From assembly GCA_963793265.1 (NCBI GenBank), contig CAWBZI010000002.1, positions 608,001 through 672,000 on the forward strand: DNA of 64,000 bases. Reading direction: 5' to 3'. The notes under the pieces are model-generated. The model made no database searches. It was given only the letters and a program-made list of their open reading frames with translations, and had not been told where the DNA came from. This stretch comes from an uncultured cyanobacterium. Lineage in GTDB: Bacteria > Cyanobacteriota > Cyanobacteriia > Phormidesmidales > Phormidesmidaceae. Shown piece by piece: positions 20,255 to 30,613 of this stretch (positions are counted from its first letter, which is position 1; the number at the start of each line of letters is the position of its first letter). The translations under genes were made by a program, and so were the position numbers.

Positions 20255-22870
20255 GTGCCTCCTTCTGCCATGCCGCTTAGCATCAACCGATCGCACGATC
20301 TGTTAACAACGCCAGTCATGCCTGAGCAAAAGCTAGGTCTGCTGGCGCAAAACTCCCCGTTGGCAATGATCGAATGGGACAGCGACCTGACCGTAATCGC
20401 CTGGAACCCGGCAGCAGCGGCGCTATTTGATTTTTTTGAAGACGAGGCCGTTGGTCAGCCATTAAACGAACTGCTTGATCAAAGACAAATTTCTAACTTA
20501 GGTCGAGAAGACTGGCAGAGCTGCGATCCAGCAGGTATTTTGCGCGCCCACGTATGTATTACCGGAAAAAAACTATGCCGCTGGTACAATACACCGCTTT
20601 GGATTAGAGCAGAAGAAAGACAGGTCGGGACGCTGGCAACCATTGTCGATGTAACTCATCAGACAGCGCTTTCTAATGAAGAACTGCGATCGCAGCTACA
20701 GTCTCGAACCCGCGTACTCAAACACACCACAGAGCGACTTCAACTTGCTATGAGCAGCCGCGCTCAAACAGATGCAGCCCTCAGAGCCAGCGAAGCTCGA
20801 TTCATTAACCTGGCCGCCAACGTGCCCGGCGTCCTCTATCAGTTTTGTTTACATGCCGACGGTAGCTACACCTTTCCCTACATCAGCGTTGCTTGCCAAG
20901 ACATCTATGAGCTAAGCGCCGAGCAGCTACAAAAAAACGCCGCTCCCGTAATGGAAATGATTAGTGAAGAGGATCAGCAGCGCCTAAAGGAGGCCATGCG
21001 GGCATCGGCTAAGAGCATGTCACCATGGCACTTTGAGCATCGAATCACCACGCCTAGCGGTCAAGTTAAGTGGGTAAAAATTGCCTCTCAACCGCAGCGA
21101 ACACATAGCGGCAATATGCTGTGGTCAGGCATCCTCACCGATATTACTGAGCGCAAGAAAGCAGACCATAAAATACAGGCGGCGCATACTTTCCTAAGAA
21201 ATCTTATCAACGGCATTGCAGAACCTGTTTTTGTGAAAGACCAGAATCATAAATGGATATTGTTGAACGATGCTTTCTGTAAGTTTATGGGGCGATCGCG
21301 CGCCGACCTACTAGGCCGTAACGATGCCGACTTCTTCCCCCCTGAAACTGCCGAAGAAGCCTTCTTACAAGACAACCAGGTGATTGAAAGCGGTCAGAGC
21401 TGTATCAGCGAAAGGTACTTTAATAGCTGTAAAGAATCTGTTGCAGGAGTAAATGAGCAGTCGAGCTTTCAGTCAGAAGAAAGACTGATTTCAATCGTTA
21501 AGACGCGTTTTTATGCACTTGATGGTGCGCCTTACTTACTTGGAATTATTCACGACCTGACCGAGCAAGCGAACGCTCAAAAAGCACTTCAGGAGAATGA
21601 AAAACAGCTCAAAAAGCTAACGGCTAATTTGCCAGGAATGCTCTATCAGTTTTGTCTGAGCGCTGAACTCCAACCCTCCTTTCCTTTTGTTAGCAGCAGT
21701 AGTCAAACAATCTTTGAATGTTCTTCAGATGACATTATTGCGGACGCTAAGTGCTTAATAGACAAACTACATCCTGACGATCGTGCCAGCTTCAACAGCT
21801 CCGTTGTTGCTAGCGCACAAACGCTCGCTGACTGGCACTGGCAAGGCCGTTTTGTCCTGCCTTCAGGTCGGATGATTTGGGTTCAAGGAGCTTCTAGACC
21901 CGAGCGCTGCGCCGACAACAGCATCCTTTGGGACGGCCTGCTGATGGACATTACCAACACCAAAGAATCTGAAGCCGCCCTTCAGCAGTCTGAAACCCAA
22001 CTGCGACTACAAACCCAACAGCTCACCACGACATTACAACAGCTCAGACAAACCCAATCCAAGCTCATTCAAAGTGAAAAAATGTCTTCACTGGGGCAGC
22101 TAGTTGCTGGAATAGCACACGAGATCAACAATCCCGTGAACTTTATTCACGGCAACTTAACGCACGCGCAAGGCTACATCGAAGACATGCTAACCATCAT
22201 TCGGCTGTATCAGGCACACTACCCAGCCCCTATTCCTGAAATTGCGAGAATTAGCGAAGAACTAGAGCTAGACTACGTGCTTCACGACCTTCCTAAGCTG
22301 CTAAATTCAGTCCAGTCAGGAGCCGATCGTATCCGGCAGATTGTTCTATCGCTCCGCAACTTCTCTCGCTTGGATGAATCAGAACTCAAGCAAGCTAACA
22401 TTCACGAAGGCATAGAAAGCACGCTGATGATTTTGAGCAATCGCCTCAAGGCAACAGCTTCAAGACATGCGATAGAAGTTGTGAAAGCCTATGAAAATAT
22501 TCCAAAAATAGACTGCTATGTGAGTCAGCTCAATCAGGTCTTTATGAGCGTTTTAGTCAATGCTATTGACGCCATTGATGGCTCTAGTACACCTGACAAA
22601 ATCTATCAAATAGTGTTACAAACATTTCAGCGAGGAAAGCATGTTGTTGTTCGGATAACGAATAACGGGCCACCCATCGAAAGCGAAACAGTCCAAAGGA
22701 TGTTTGATCCCTTCTTTACGACTAAGCCTGTGGGTAAAGGTACCGGCATGGGACTAGCAATCAGCTACCAAACCATTGTAGATTTGCATAAAGGTAGTTT
22801 GGAATACACTCAAACAGAAGATCAAAAGACGGTTTTTACCATCGAAATTCCGATAGAAATCAATCAGTAG
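20255..22870 (+). CDS. Multi-PAS sensor histidine kinase
   Basis: About four PAS/PAC repeats, IAHEINNPVNF H-box, NAID N-box, FDPFFTTKPVGKGTGMGL. Confidence 0.92.
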   Translation: MPPSAMPLSINRSHDLLTTPVMPEQKLGLLAQNSPLAMIEWDSDLTVIAWNPAAAALFDFFEDEAVGQPLNELLDQRQISNLGREDWQSCDPAGILRAHVCITGKKLCRWYNTPLWIRAEERQVGTLATIVDVTHQTALSNEELRSQLQSRTRVLKHTTERLQLAMSSRAQTDAALRASEARFINLAANVPGVLYQFCLHADGSYTFPYISVACQDIYELSAEQLQKNAAPVMEMISEEDQQRLKEAMRASAKSMSPWHFEHRITTPSGQVKWVKIASQPQRTHSGNMLWSGILTDITERKKADHKIQAAHTFLRNLINGIAEPVFVKDQNHKWILLNDAFCKFMGRSRADLLGRNDADFFPPETAEEAFLQDNQVIESGQSCISERYFNSCKESVAGVNEQSSFQSEERLISIVKTRFYALDGAPYLLGIIHDLTEQANAQKALQENEKQLKKLTANLPGMLYQFCLSAELQPSFPFVSSSSQTIFECSSDDIIADAKCLIDKLHPDDRASFNSSVVASAQTLADWHWQGRFVLPSGRMIWVQGASRPERCADNSILWDGLLMDITNTKESEAALQQSETQLRLQTQQLTTTLQQLRQTQSKLIQSEKMSSLGQLVAGIAHEINNPVNFIHGNLTHAQGYIEDMLTIIRLYQAHYPAPIPEIARISEELELDYVLHDLPKLLNSVQSGADRIRQIVLSLRNFSRLDESELKQANIHEGIESTLMILSNRLKATASRHAIEVVKAYENIPKIDCYVSQLNQVFMSVLVNAIDAIDGSSTPDKIYQIVLQTFQRGKHVVVRITNNGPPIESETVQRMFDPFFTTKPVGKGTGMGLAISYQTIVDLHKGSLEYTQTEDQKTVFTIEIPIEINQ

Positions 22871-22942
22871 CACTCGCGCTCATAAGCAGGTATTGCTTAG
22901 CGTTAGCCGGTTTCTGCAGTCTGAACATTTATTCAATGCTAC

Positions 22943-22951
22943 GGGAATCCT
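22943..22951 (+). promoter_or_regulatory. Possible SigF/SigJ-type promoter element
   Basis: GGGAATCCT, 1 mismatch to GGGAATACT, about 50 nt before the diguanylate cyclase start. Confidence 0.4.
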
Positions 22952-22999
22952 ATTGATATGGAAATTAGCACTGGGCAGAGTTGCTGTTAAGTAAATAGA

Positions 23000-24682
23000 A
23001 TGTCAATTCTCTCAGAGCAACCTGTTGTTTGGCCTACTGACAAAACGCTGTCAGAACCGTTATCACAACAATCTCAACTAGCGAACTCAATGCCTGTGGA
23101 CTCGGTAGGTGAAATACTGACGTCAATTGATAGACAGCAGCAGGGCTTGCAGTCACTATCTCAGCACCCTTCTATTTACGGCGGAGATTTGGCGGCGGCA
23201 GCAGCAGAAATTACGCAGACAACAGCAAATATGCTGATGGTCGATCGCGTTAGCCTATGGCTATACGCTAGCGACCGACAGAGCTTTGAACAGATCGATA
23301 GCTATGAGCGTGTAGACGACTTACATACCAAGGGCACAGCGTTAGTTATTACAGAGCGTGCCGACTACTTTGCAACATTAGGCGATCGCCCAGGACTACT
23401 GCTCGAAGATGTATCAGAAAGCATAGCAGCCGGGCTACCGCACATCGGTACGCTGACCCAGCATAAGCTGATATATCAAGAGCCAGGATCGCTGTTTGAA
23501 CTTCCGATTCGGTGTCAGGGCGCAGTCGTTGGCGCGCTGTGGTGTGAATGCATTGGGGCTCGCCGCTGGACAGCTTCAGAAAGAGCCGCTGCCTTGTCGG
23601 TATCTTTGCTCGCCGTTACCGCTATAGACGCCCAGCAGCAGCGGCAGCTATCAGCCTCTTTAGCGACGCATACCCGTCAGCTCAAACGAGAAACCATTGA
23701 ACGTGAACAGGCAGAACAAGCTTGGCAAGAGAGCCAGCGTTTTATTCAAGGCATTATCGATGCCAGCACGAATATTTTGTACGTTGATAGCTTTGCCGAT
23801 GGCAGTAACTTTTACATCAGCCGATGGATTAAGAACGTACTTGGCTATGAGCCGAGCGAAGTCCAAAAGCTAGGGCCAAAGTACCTTGAGCAGCTTGTTC
23901 ATGCTGACGAGAAAAAGCATATGGCCGATGAGCGCAGTAAGCTTGCAGCTATCAATGATGGCGAGGTGGTAGAGAACGAATACCGTTTCCGCCATCGTCA
24001 GGGCAACTGGCGGTGGCTCCTATGCAGAGAAACCGTTTTTCAGAGAGACAGCGAAGGGCAGCCGACTCAAGTTTTTGGAACGGCAACTGATATCACCAAG
24101 CGTAAGCACGCCGAAGTAGCACTTAAGGAATTTAACGCAGAGCTAGAACGGCTCGCCAATATGGACGGCCTTACGCAGGTAGCTAACCGCCGATCGTTTG
24201 ATAATTATCTGAGCCAAGAGTGGAAAAATGTAGGCTCCGGGCGTTCTACGCTGTCTTTGATTTTGTGCGATATTGATTACTTTAAAAATTACAACGATAC
24301 CTACGGTCATCAGGCAGGCGACGTTTGTTTGAGGCAAGTAGCAGAGGCGATAGAGCGAGCCGTAAAACGCTCTACTGATTTGGTGGCTCGCTACGGGGGT
24401 GAGGAGTTTGCGGTGGTGCTGCCGAATACGAGTGGGGTAGGCGTAGAGCAAGTTGCCATTGGAATTCAGCAAGAGATTGAACAGCTCAGTATTCCGCATA
24501 GCCGTTCAGAGGTGAGCGATCGCATCACGCTGAGCTTAGGGATAGCCTCTGTAAGCAGTACCGAAAATACGCATCCAGATATGCTGATAGCTGCCGCTGA
24601 TCAGGGCTTGTATCAGGCAAAGTATGAGGGCCGAAATCGCTTTTGCTTTGCAGAATTAGAGCAACCTCAGAACGAACCGTAG
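23000..24682 (+). CDS. GAF-PAS-GGDEF diguanylate cyclase
   Basis: DRVSLWL GAF, PAS (HADE..YRFRHRQGNWRW), DGLTQVANRR, RSTD I-site, GGEEF. Confidence 0.93.
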   Translation: MSILSEQPVVWPTDKTLSEPLSQQSQLANSMPVDSVGEILTSIDRQQQGLQSLSQHPSIYGGDLAAAAAEITQTTANMLMVDRVSLWLYASDRQSFEQIDSYERVDDLHTKGTALVITERADYFATLGDRPGLLLEDVSESIAAGLPHIGTLTQHKLIYQEPGSLFELPIRCQGAVVGALWCECIGARRWTASERAAALSVSLLAVTAIDAQQQRQLSASLATHTRQLKRETIEREQAEQAWQESQRFIQGIIDASTNILYVDSFADGSNFYISRWIKNVLGYEPSEVQKLGPKYLEQLVHADEKKHMADERSKLAAINDGEVVENEYRFRHRQGNWRWLLCRETVFQRDSEGQPTQVFGTATDITKRKHAEVALKEFNAELERLANMDGLTQVANRRSFDNYLSQEWKNVGSGRSTLSLILCDIDYFKNYNDTYGHQAGDVCLRQVAEAIERAVKRSTDLVARYGGEEFAVVLPNTSGVGVEQVAIGIQQEIEQLSIPHSRSEVSDRITLSLGIASVSSTENTHPDMLIAAADQGLYQAKYEGRNRFCFAELEQPQNEP

Positions 24683-24711
24683 AATATTAGAGTAGTCATA
24701 GAACTAGGCCG

Positions 24712-25188
24712 ATGAAAACCAATGCAGCTCGCGGACTAGATGCGCTCGGCATTGAATACGAACTGCTCGACTACCCTGTAGATCTTGACAATTTGGCCGC
24801 GACTTCGACCGCTGAGAAGCTGGGTTTGCCTGTCGATCAGGTGTTTAAGACATTAGTGGTGAGAGGCGATCGCAATGGTGTCGCCTTAGCGGTGATTCCA
24901 GGCAGCTATCAGCTTGACTTAAAAGCTTTGGCAAGGCTGAGTGGTGATCGCAAAATAGAAACCGTCGCGCTCAAGCAAGTGCAGCCTTTAACCGGCTATG
25001 TTCGCGGCGGCGTTACCGCGCTAGCTTGTAAAAAGCCATATCCTGTCTTTTTAGATGAATGGGCGACTGTGTACGAGCGAATTACAGTATCAGCCGGGGT
25101 GAGAGGGCAGCTAATGTTATTGCGTACAGACGACTATGTAAGAGCGACCGGGGCGACGGTAGGGGCGATCGCTAAAGAGGATCGTTAA
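24712..25188 (+). CDS. ybaK: Cys-tRNA(Pro) deacylase
   Basis: MKTNAAR, QVFKTLV, TGYVRGGVT, VSAGVRG. Confidence 0.9.
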   Translation: MKTNAARGLDALGIEYELLDYPVDLDNLAATSTAEKLGLPVDQVFKTLVVRGDRNGVALAVIPGSYQLDLKALARLSGDRKIETVALKQVQPLTGYVRGGVTALACKKPYPVFLDEWATVYERITVSAGVRGQLMLLRTDDYVRATGATVGAIAKEDR

Positions 25189-25194
25189 ACCCAG

Positions 25195-25923
25195 CTAGCG
25201 CTGCACCAAAAACATATAGCCGCGTCCTCGAATCGTCATAATAAACTGCGGATTACTCGTAGGGTCGTTGAGCTTAATGCGCAGCCGAGAAATATGGACA
25301 TCTACCGTTTTGGTATCAGTAGCGCTACCGGCGTCATAGCCCCATAGCGATTGCAAAATGGCATCGCGTGAAAAGATATGACCGGGTTTGCTAGCGAGTA
25401 GCTCAAGCAGCCGAAACTCTATCTCAGTCAGGCGAAGCTGGTGGCTGTCTCGATAGACTTTGCGCGTGATCGGATCGATAGTTAGCGAGCCAACTTTGGT
25501 GAGCTTACTCAGAGAAGGCATTGGCTCAGGGCGATCGCGGGCGCGAGGTATTCGCCTCAAGATAGAGCGAATACGAGCAATTAGCTCTTTCGTAGCAAAA
25601 GGCTTAACAATATAGTCATTGGCACCCATTTCCAAGCCGATTACGCGGTCGGTAGCACTGCCTAAAACAGTCGCCATAATGATCGGCACGTCTGACGTTT
25701 GCCTGATAGCCTGACAGACTTGAAAGCCATCTAAATGAGGCATCAGCACGTCGAGAACGACAAGATCGATACCGTCACTGGTGGCATGGAACAGGTCTAA
25801 AGCGGCTCGCCCATCGGCAGCAGCTATCACCAGATATCCAGATAATTCGAGGCTCTTGGTCAGCGCCCTGCGGGTACGCTCGTCGTCTTCGGCAATGAGA
25901 ATTCTAAAACTTGGCTTGCTCAC
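25195..25923 (-). CDS. OmpR-family response regulator (RpaB-like paralogue)
   Basis: Receiver (AEDD, LDVLMP, KPF) plus winged helix (LTEIEFRLL, VDVHISRLR, TIRGRGY). Confidence 0.9.
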   Translation of the reverse strand: MSKPSFRILIAEDDERTRRALTKSLELSGYLVIAAADGRAALDLFHATSDGIDLVVLDVLMPHLDGFQVCQAIRQTSDVPIIMATVLGSATDRVIGLEMGANDYIVKPFATKELIARIRSILRRIPRARDRPEPMPSLSKLTKVGSLTIDPITRKVYRDSHQLRLTEIEFRLLELLASKPGHIFSRDAILQSLWGYDAGSATDTKTVDVHISRLRIKLNDPTSNPQFIMTIRGRGYMFLVQR

Positions 25924-26616
25924 TAGAAATTGGGAAAATTGGTTTTTAAAGGGGATTTAAGTCGAAAGCGGTCTAGAGATTTAGCGTCAAGATGCAGGAT
26001 CTCAAAGCTAAGCCTCTATATATGACCGAGTTTTTTAGAAACGAACGATGATAAAAAAAGATTTCAAAACTTGCGTCTAGGGCTTTCGTTTAGCAAAGCT
26101 CCAGCCGCGTGTACTCATGCGGCTGGCAATTCGAAGGGTTGCATTTGGCTTAACGTTTGGCTGTAGACAAGTTCCTTTAGCCATATAAATACATATACGG
26201 TCATTAACACAAGTATTAATTGCACCTAAATCGTTTCTATCGCTTCGTTAGCTTAGATTTCTGCTGCTTTACTGAAATTCAAGCATTTGTAATATTTAGA
26301 TACAAAGTTAACGTAATATTTCGTGCCCTCGATTTTGCCTACTCTCTATTACTAAATTAAAGGTACGTGCCTTTCACCTGGCGCGTATCTTTTCGTCGGT
26401 TTTTGGCAGACGAGCTGTATTCAAGTTCCTTCTCTATATAGTTTGTTTTAGCGATCGCCGGGGGATATATCCTTTCGCGCGAATTTCTCGTGTCTTGATG
26501 CTTTAGACTTGTTTGAGATCGAAGGCAGACCGCTAAAATAGGGGTTTGGCGATTCGATTTTAGCAGTGCGAGTTAGCAGTGCAATCTTAGCGACTTAATT
26601 TCTAAAAGGAAGGCCC

Positions 26617-28425
26617 ATGCGACTGTCTCAAATGCTGTTTGTTACGCTGCGCGAAGATCCAGCGGAGGCAGAAATTCCTAGCCACAAGCTGCTGTTGCGA
26701 GCGGGCTACATGCGGCGTGTGGGTAGCGGCCTGTATGCCTATTTGCCGCTACTGCTGCGAGTGCTCAGCAAAATTTCAGACATTGTGCGCGATGAAATGA
26801 ACGCAACGGGCGCGCAAGAATGCCTGCTGCCTCAGCTTCAGCCTGCCTCACTGTGGCAAGAGTCAGGCCGCTGGGACACGTACACCAAAGCAGAAGGCAT
26901 TATGTTCAGCCTGGGCGATCGCCGCCAGCAAGAACTTGCCCTTGGCCCCACTCACGAAGAAGTCATCACCGCCGTTGCCCGCGACATGATCCGCTCGTAC
27001 CGACAGCTTCCGCTCCACCTCTATCAAATTCAAACCAAGTTTCGCGACGAGATCCGCCCCCGATTCGGCTTGATGCGCGGACGCGAATTCATTATGAAAG
27101 ACGGCTACTCGTTTCACGAGGATGCTGAGAGCCTGAAGCAAACGTATGACGAGATGTACCAGGCTTATAGCAATATTTTGCGGCGTACGGGGCTGGCATT
27201 TAGAGCGGTAGATGCCGACTCTGGCGCGATTGGTGGCTCGGGCTCTACCGAATTTATGGTGCTCGCTGAAGCGGGTGAAGATGAGGTGCTGTATACAGAA
27301 GATGGTAAGTACGCAGCGAACGTAGAGAAAGCTGTAACGCTGCCCCCCGATGCGGAGCCTTCTCCTTTTACGGCTTACGAAAAACGTGAGACACCGAACA
27401 CAGCGACTATCGCAGCGATGGTGAAGTTTTTAGACTGTTCACCGACGCAGGTTGTAAAAGACGTGCTGTATCAGGTGAGCTATGACAACGGTCGTCGGGT
27501 TTTGGTGATCGTGAGCATCCGCGCCGATCAGGACGTGAATGAAACCAAGCTACAAAATGCGCTGACGAACTTAGCCGGTAACTACGGAGGCTCGGCGGTA
27601 CTTGCGCTAGAGGTGCCCGACGAAGAGGCGCAGGCGAAGTGGGCAACAAAGCCTTTACCGTTAGGTTATATCGCGCCGAATTTGTCGGATGAGTACATCG
27701 GCAAAGCGGAAGGATTAGAGCCAAAGTTTTTACGTCTGGTTGATGAAACGGCGGTGGAGCTAAGGAATTTTGCAACCGGCTCTAATGAAAGCGGCTTTCA
27801 TGTGGTGGGTGCTAACTGGGGTAAGGAGTTTGAGCTGCCTGAGATTAAGGTGGATGTGAGAACGGCGGTGGCGGGCGATCGCGCTATCCACGACCCCAGC
27901 CAAATTATCCAAACTGCCCGAGGCATCGAAATCGGCCACATTTTCCAGCTCGGTAACAAATACTCACAGGCACTTGGCGCAACTTATACCAAAGAAGATG
28001 GCAAAGAAGCGCCGCTAGAGATGGGCTGCTATGGCGTGGGCGTTTCTCGCTTAGCGCAGGCAGCAGTGGAGCAGTCTTACGATAAGAATGGGATTATCTG
28101 GCCGGTTGCGATCGCCCCCTATCATGCCATTGTCGTTGTCCCTAATATCAGCGCGGCAGATCAGATGGAAGCTGCTGAAAAGCTGTATGCCGAGCTTAAC
28201 GCTGCTGGGGTTGAAACACTGCTAGATGACCGCAAAGAGCGGGCCGGGGTGAAGTTTAAAGACGCTGAGCTAGTGGGGATTCCGTTTCGGATTGTGACGG
28301 GGCGATCGCTCAAAGATGGCAAGGTAGAAGTGGTTAAGCGCGCTGATGGCGAAGCGCAGGACATGCCGATAGCAGACGTTGTATCAACGGTAAAAGGCTG
28401 GGTGGATGCGGCAATCGGTAAGTAA
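26617..28425 (+). CDS. proS: Proline--tRNA ligase
   Basis: [50 protein letters not shown]. Confidence 0.97.
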   Translation: MRLSQMLFVTLREDPAEAEIPSHKLLLRAGYMRRVGSGLYAYLPLLLRVLSKISDIVRDEMNATGAQECLLPQLQPASLWQESGRWDTYTKAEGIMFSLGDRRQQELALGPTHEEVITAVARDMIRSYRQLPLHLYQIQTKFRDEIRPRFGLMRGREFIMKDGYSFHEDAESLKQTYDEMYQAYSNILRRTGLAFRAVDADSGAIGGSGSTEFMVLAEAGEDEVLYTEDGKYAANVEKAVTLPPDAEPSPFTAYEKRETPNTATIAAMVKFLDCSPTQVVKDVLYQVSYDNGRRVLVIVSIRADQDVNETKLQNALTNLAGNYGGSAVLALEVPDEEAQAKWATKPLPLGYIAPNLSDEYIGKAEGLEPKFLRLVDETAVELRNFATGSNESGFHVVGANWGKEFELPEIKVDVRTAVAGDRAIHDPSQIIQTARGIEIGHIFQLGNKYSQALGATYTKEDGKEAPLEMGCYGVGVSRLAQAAVEQSYDKNGIIWPVAIAPYHAIVVVPNISAADQMEAAEKLYAELNAAGVETLLDDRKERAGVKFKDAELVGIPFRIVTGRSLKDGKVEVVKRADGEAQDMPIADVVSTVKGWVDAAIGK

Positions 28426-28438
28426 ATAGAAGGCGTTT

Positions 28439-29263
28439 ATGGAAGTTATTACAGTTGTTCTTTCTAGCTTGCTGCTGCTGATTTCGCCGGTTGGTGTAGT
28501 TGTAGATCAAGTCGCCGAAGACGCTATTCGCTCACGGTTAGCGAGCGTAGAAAGCTTGGACGTGCGAGTAGATAACGGCCCATCTTTTCAGCTCCTTCAG
28601 GGCCGAGTTGATCGGGTACGGATTGCCGGGCGGGGCGTGGTGCCGACCCCTGGACTAAGATTTGAAGTTGCTGAGCTAGAAACCGATCCGATTGATTTGG
28701 CTTTTAAGGCGCTGCGGCAGGGTGAGGTGGTGCTAGAGGAGCCTTTGCAAGGGGCTTTGCATTTGGTGATTACTGAGGCGGATGTCAATGCTTTTTTGCG
28801 ATCGCCCACAGTTGCCCGACAGCTTGACGAGTTGAAAATCGGCTCGCTTACTCAGGCGCAGGCCAGAGAACGAGAACGCTATGAAATTGAGAATCCTTCG
28901 ATTGACTTTTTGGAGGACGATCGGCTGAAGGTTTCGCTGGATCTGGTGGACTTGGTGGAAGAGACGACGCTACAGATAGAGGCTGAGTCGGGATTGAGTG
29001 TTTCGGCGGGCGATCGCCTCACGCTTGTCTCTCCAGTGCTCACCGTGAACGGCCAGCCCGCACCTAATCAACTTGTAAAAGCGCTGCTAGGGAACGTGAA
29101 CGATCGCCTTAGCCTACAGAACTTAGAAAGTCGTGGCCTTACTGCGCGGGTGATCAATTTAGCAGTGCAGCCAGATAGCCTTGACTTAGCGCTATGGGTG
29201 CGTGTAGACCCCAGCGTGACAGCGCCAGTCGTAGCGGGCATTGATACGGGCGCTTTAGAATAG
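28439..29263 (+). CDS. DUF2993/LmeA-like membrane-anchored protein
   Basis: N-terminal hydrophobic segment, LLQGRVDRVRIAGRG, ITEADVNAFLRSP. Confidence 0.75.
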   Translation: MEVITVVLSSLLLLISPVGVVVDQVAEDAIRSRLASVESLDVRVDNGPSFQLLQGRVDRVRIAGRGVVPTPGLRFEVAELETDPIDLAFKALRQGEVVLEEPLQGALHLVITEADVNAFLRSPTVARQLDELKIGSLTQAQARERERYEIENPSIDFLEDDRLKVSLDLVDLVEETTLQIEAESGLSVSAGDRLTLVSPVLTVNGQPAPNQLVKALLGNVNDRLSLQNLESRGLTARVINLAVQPDSLDLALWVRVDPSVTAPVVAGIDTGALE

Positions 29264-29311
29264 GTTATGCAGAAAATAAGCTTCTTACATTCTCCTTTAG
29301 TGTGTTAGCTC

Positions 29312-29926
29312 ATGACTTATACCTCTATCACCGACCGTCGGATTCGCTACCAAAGCTACCAAGAATATTTAAACAACGAGTCGCTATCTCCTGAGGGTAA
29401 CTATCGTCTACTTAGCACTGGAGAACTTGTTGAAGTGTCCTCAGAAGACGACCTCAACCAACTCATAGCAGTTCGTTTACTGCTGCAAATAGCTCAGTTA
29501 GAAAAAGGTGCTTTTGCAGAAAGAGTCCGAATTGGCAACAAAGAAATACAGGTGCGGCCTATTGGCGATCAGCGAGTAAATCGAAAACCTGATTTGGTCG
29601 TTTTACAGACTGAACATTTGGTAGTTGCTAAACAGGCTGTTCTACTTGATATGGTTCCGCCTTTGTTTGTCGCTGAAGTGGTGAGTCCGGGTAATGATAA
29701 TAGCGATAATTATTTGCAAGACTACGTTTGGAAACGGCAGCAGTATGAGGAGATGGGCATTCCTGAATACTGGATTATTGATCCGCATAGAGAGAAAGTA
29801 ACTGTTTTGGGGCTTGTTGATGGCACTTACTCCGATAGAGAGTATGTAGCACCTGAGCAGACCATCTCTAAGGTATTTCCGACACTTTCGGTAACGGTTC
29901 AATCTCTATTAAAAGGTGACTTGTGA
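29312..29926 (+). CDS. Uma2-family PD-(D/E)xK endonuclease
   Basis: RKPDL, P.FVAEVVSPG, K..QYE.MGIPEYWIIDP. Confidence 0.9.
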   Translation: MTYTSITDRRIRYQSYQEYLNNESLSPEGNYRLLSTGELVEVSSEDDLNQLIAVRLLLQIAQLEKGAFAERVRIGNKEIQVRPIGDQRVNRKPDLVVLQTEHLVVAKQAVLLDMVPPLFVAEVVSPGNDNSDNYLQDYVWKRQQYEEMGIPEYWIIDPHREKVTVLGLVDGTYSDREYVAPEQTISKVFPTLSVTVQSLLKGDL

Positions 29927-30531
29927 TGACATATGCACTCACGCAAACTCGCTACCGCAACTATCAGGAATATCTAGATGATGAACGACTATCGCCAGAA
30001 GATGATTATCGTCTACTTAACACAGGAGAATTGATTGCTGTGCCGCCAGAAGATGACGATAATATTAGCGCCGCTTTTGTATTGGGTTTTTCGATTGCTC
30101 AGGCGACGGATGCGGCTGTCGTGAGTTTGATACGCACAGGCACAAAAGAGATTCAGGTTACGCCAGTGGGCGATCGCTGCGTAAACCGTAAGCCGGACTT
30201 ACTCATTTTGCATCCTGAACATAGAGAGATTGCAAAACAAGCGGTTCTTAAAGGGATGGTTCCGCCTTTGTTTATTGCTGAGGTGGTGAGTCCGGGGAAT
30301 GAGGATAGCGATAACTATCAGCGGGACTATGTTTGGAAACGGCAGCAGTATCAGGAGTGGAGAATTCCTGAGTACTGGATTATTGACCGGCATCGGGGCA
30401 CGGTAACAGTTTTAGTTTTAGTGGATGATTTGTATAAAGAAGCGGTTTATCGTGAGGATGAGAGGATACAATCTACTGTTTTTCCAGCTTTGGAAGTGAC
30501 GGCTGCTAAGGTGCTAACGGCTAGCGTTTAG
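29923..30531 (+). CDS. Uma2-family PD-(D/E)xK endonuclease, tandem paralogue
   Basis: RKPDL, FIAEVVSPG, IPEYWIID; overlaps the upstream stop. Confidence 0.9.
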   Translation: MMTYALTQTRYRNYQEYLDDERLSPEDDYRLLNTGELIAVPPEDDDNISAAFVLGFSIAQATDAAVVSLIRTGTKEIQVTPVGDRCVNRKPDLLILHPEHREIAKQAVLKGMVPPLFIAEVVSPGNEDSDNYQRDYVWKRQQYQEWRIPEYWIIDRHRGTVTVLVLVDDLYKEAVYREDERIQSTVFPALEVTAAKVLTASV

Positions 30532-30613
30532 CGAGTGGGCAAAAGTGCTGGGCCGAAGAGGAATGATTTTTCTTTGTTTTGAACTGAAGTTTTTGTCAGG
30601 TTCTTCGCCTCAG

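Noticed and set aside
26286..26306. NtcA-like palindrome TTTGTA..TACAAA
   Set aside because: Spacing is GTA-N9-TAC, not the canonical N8
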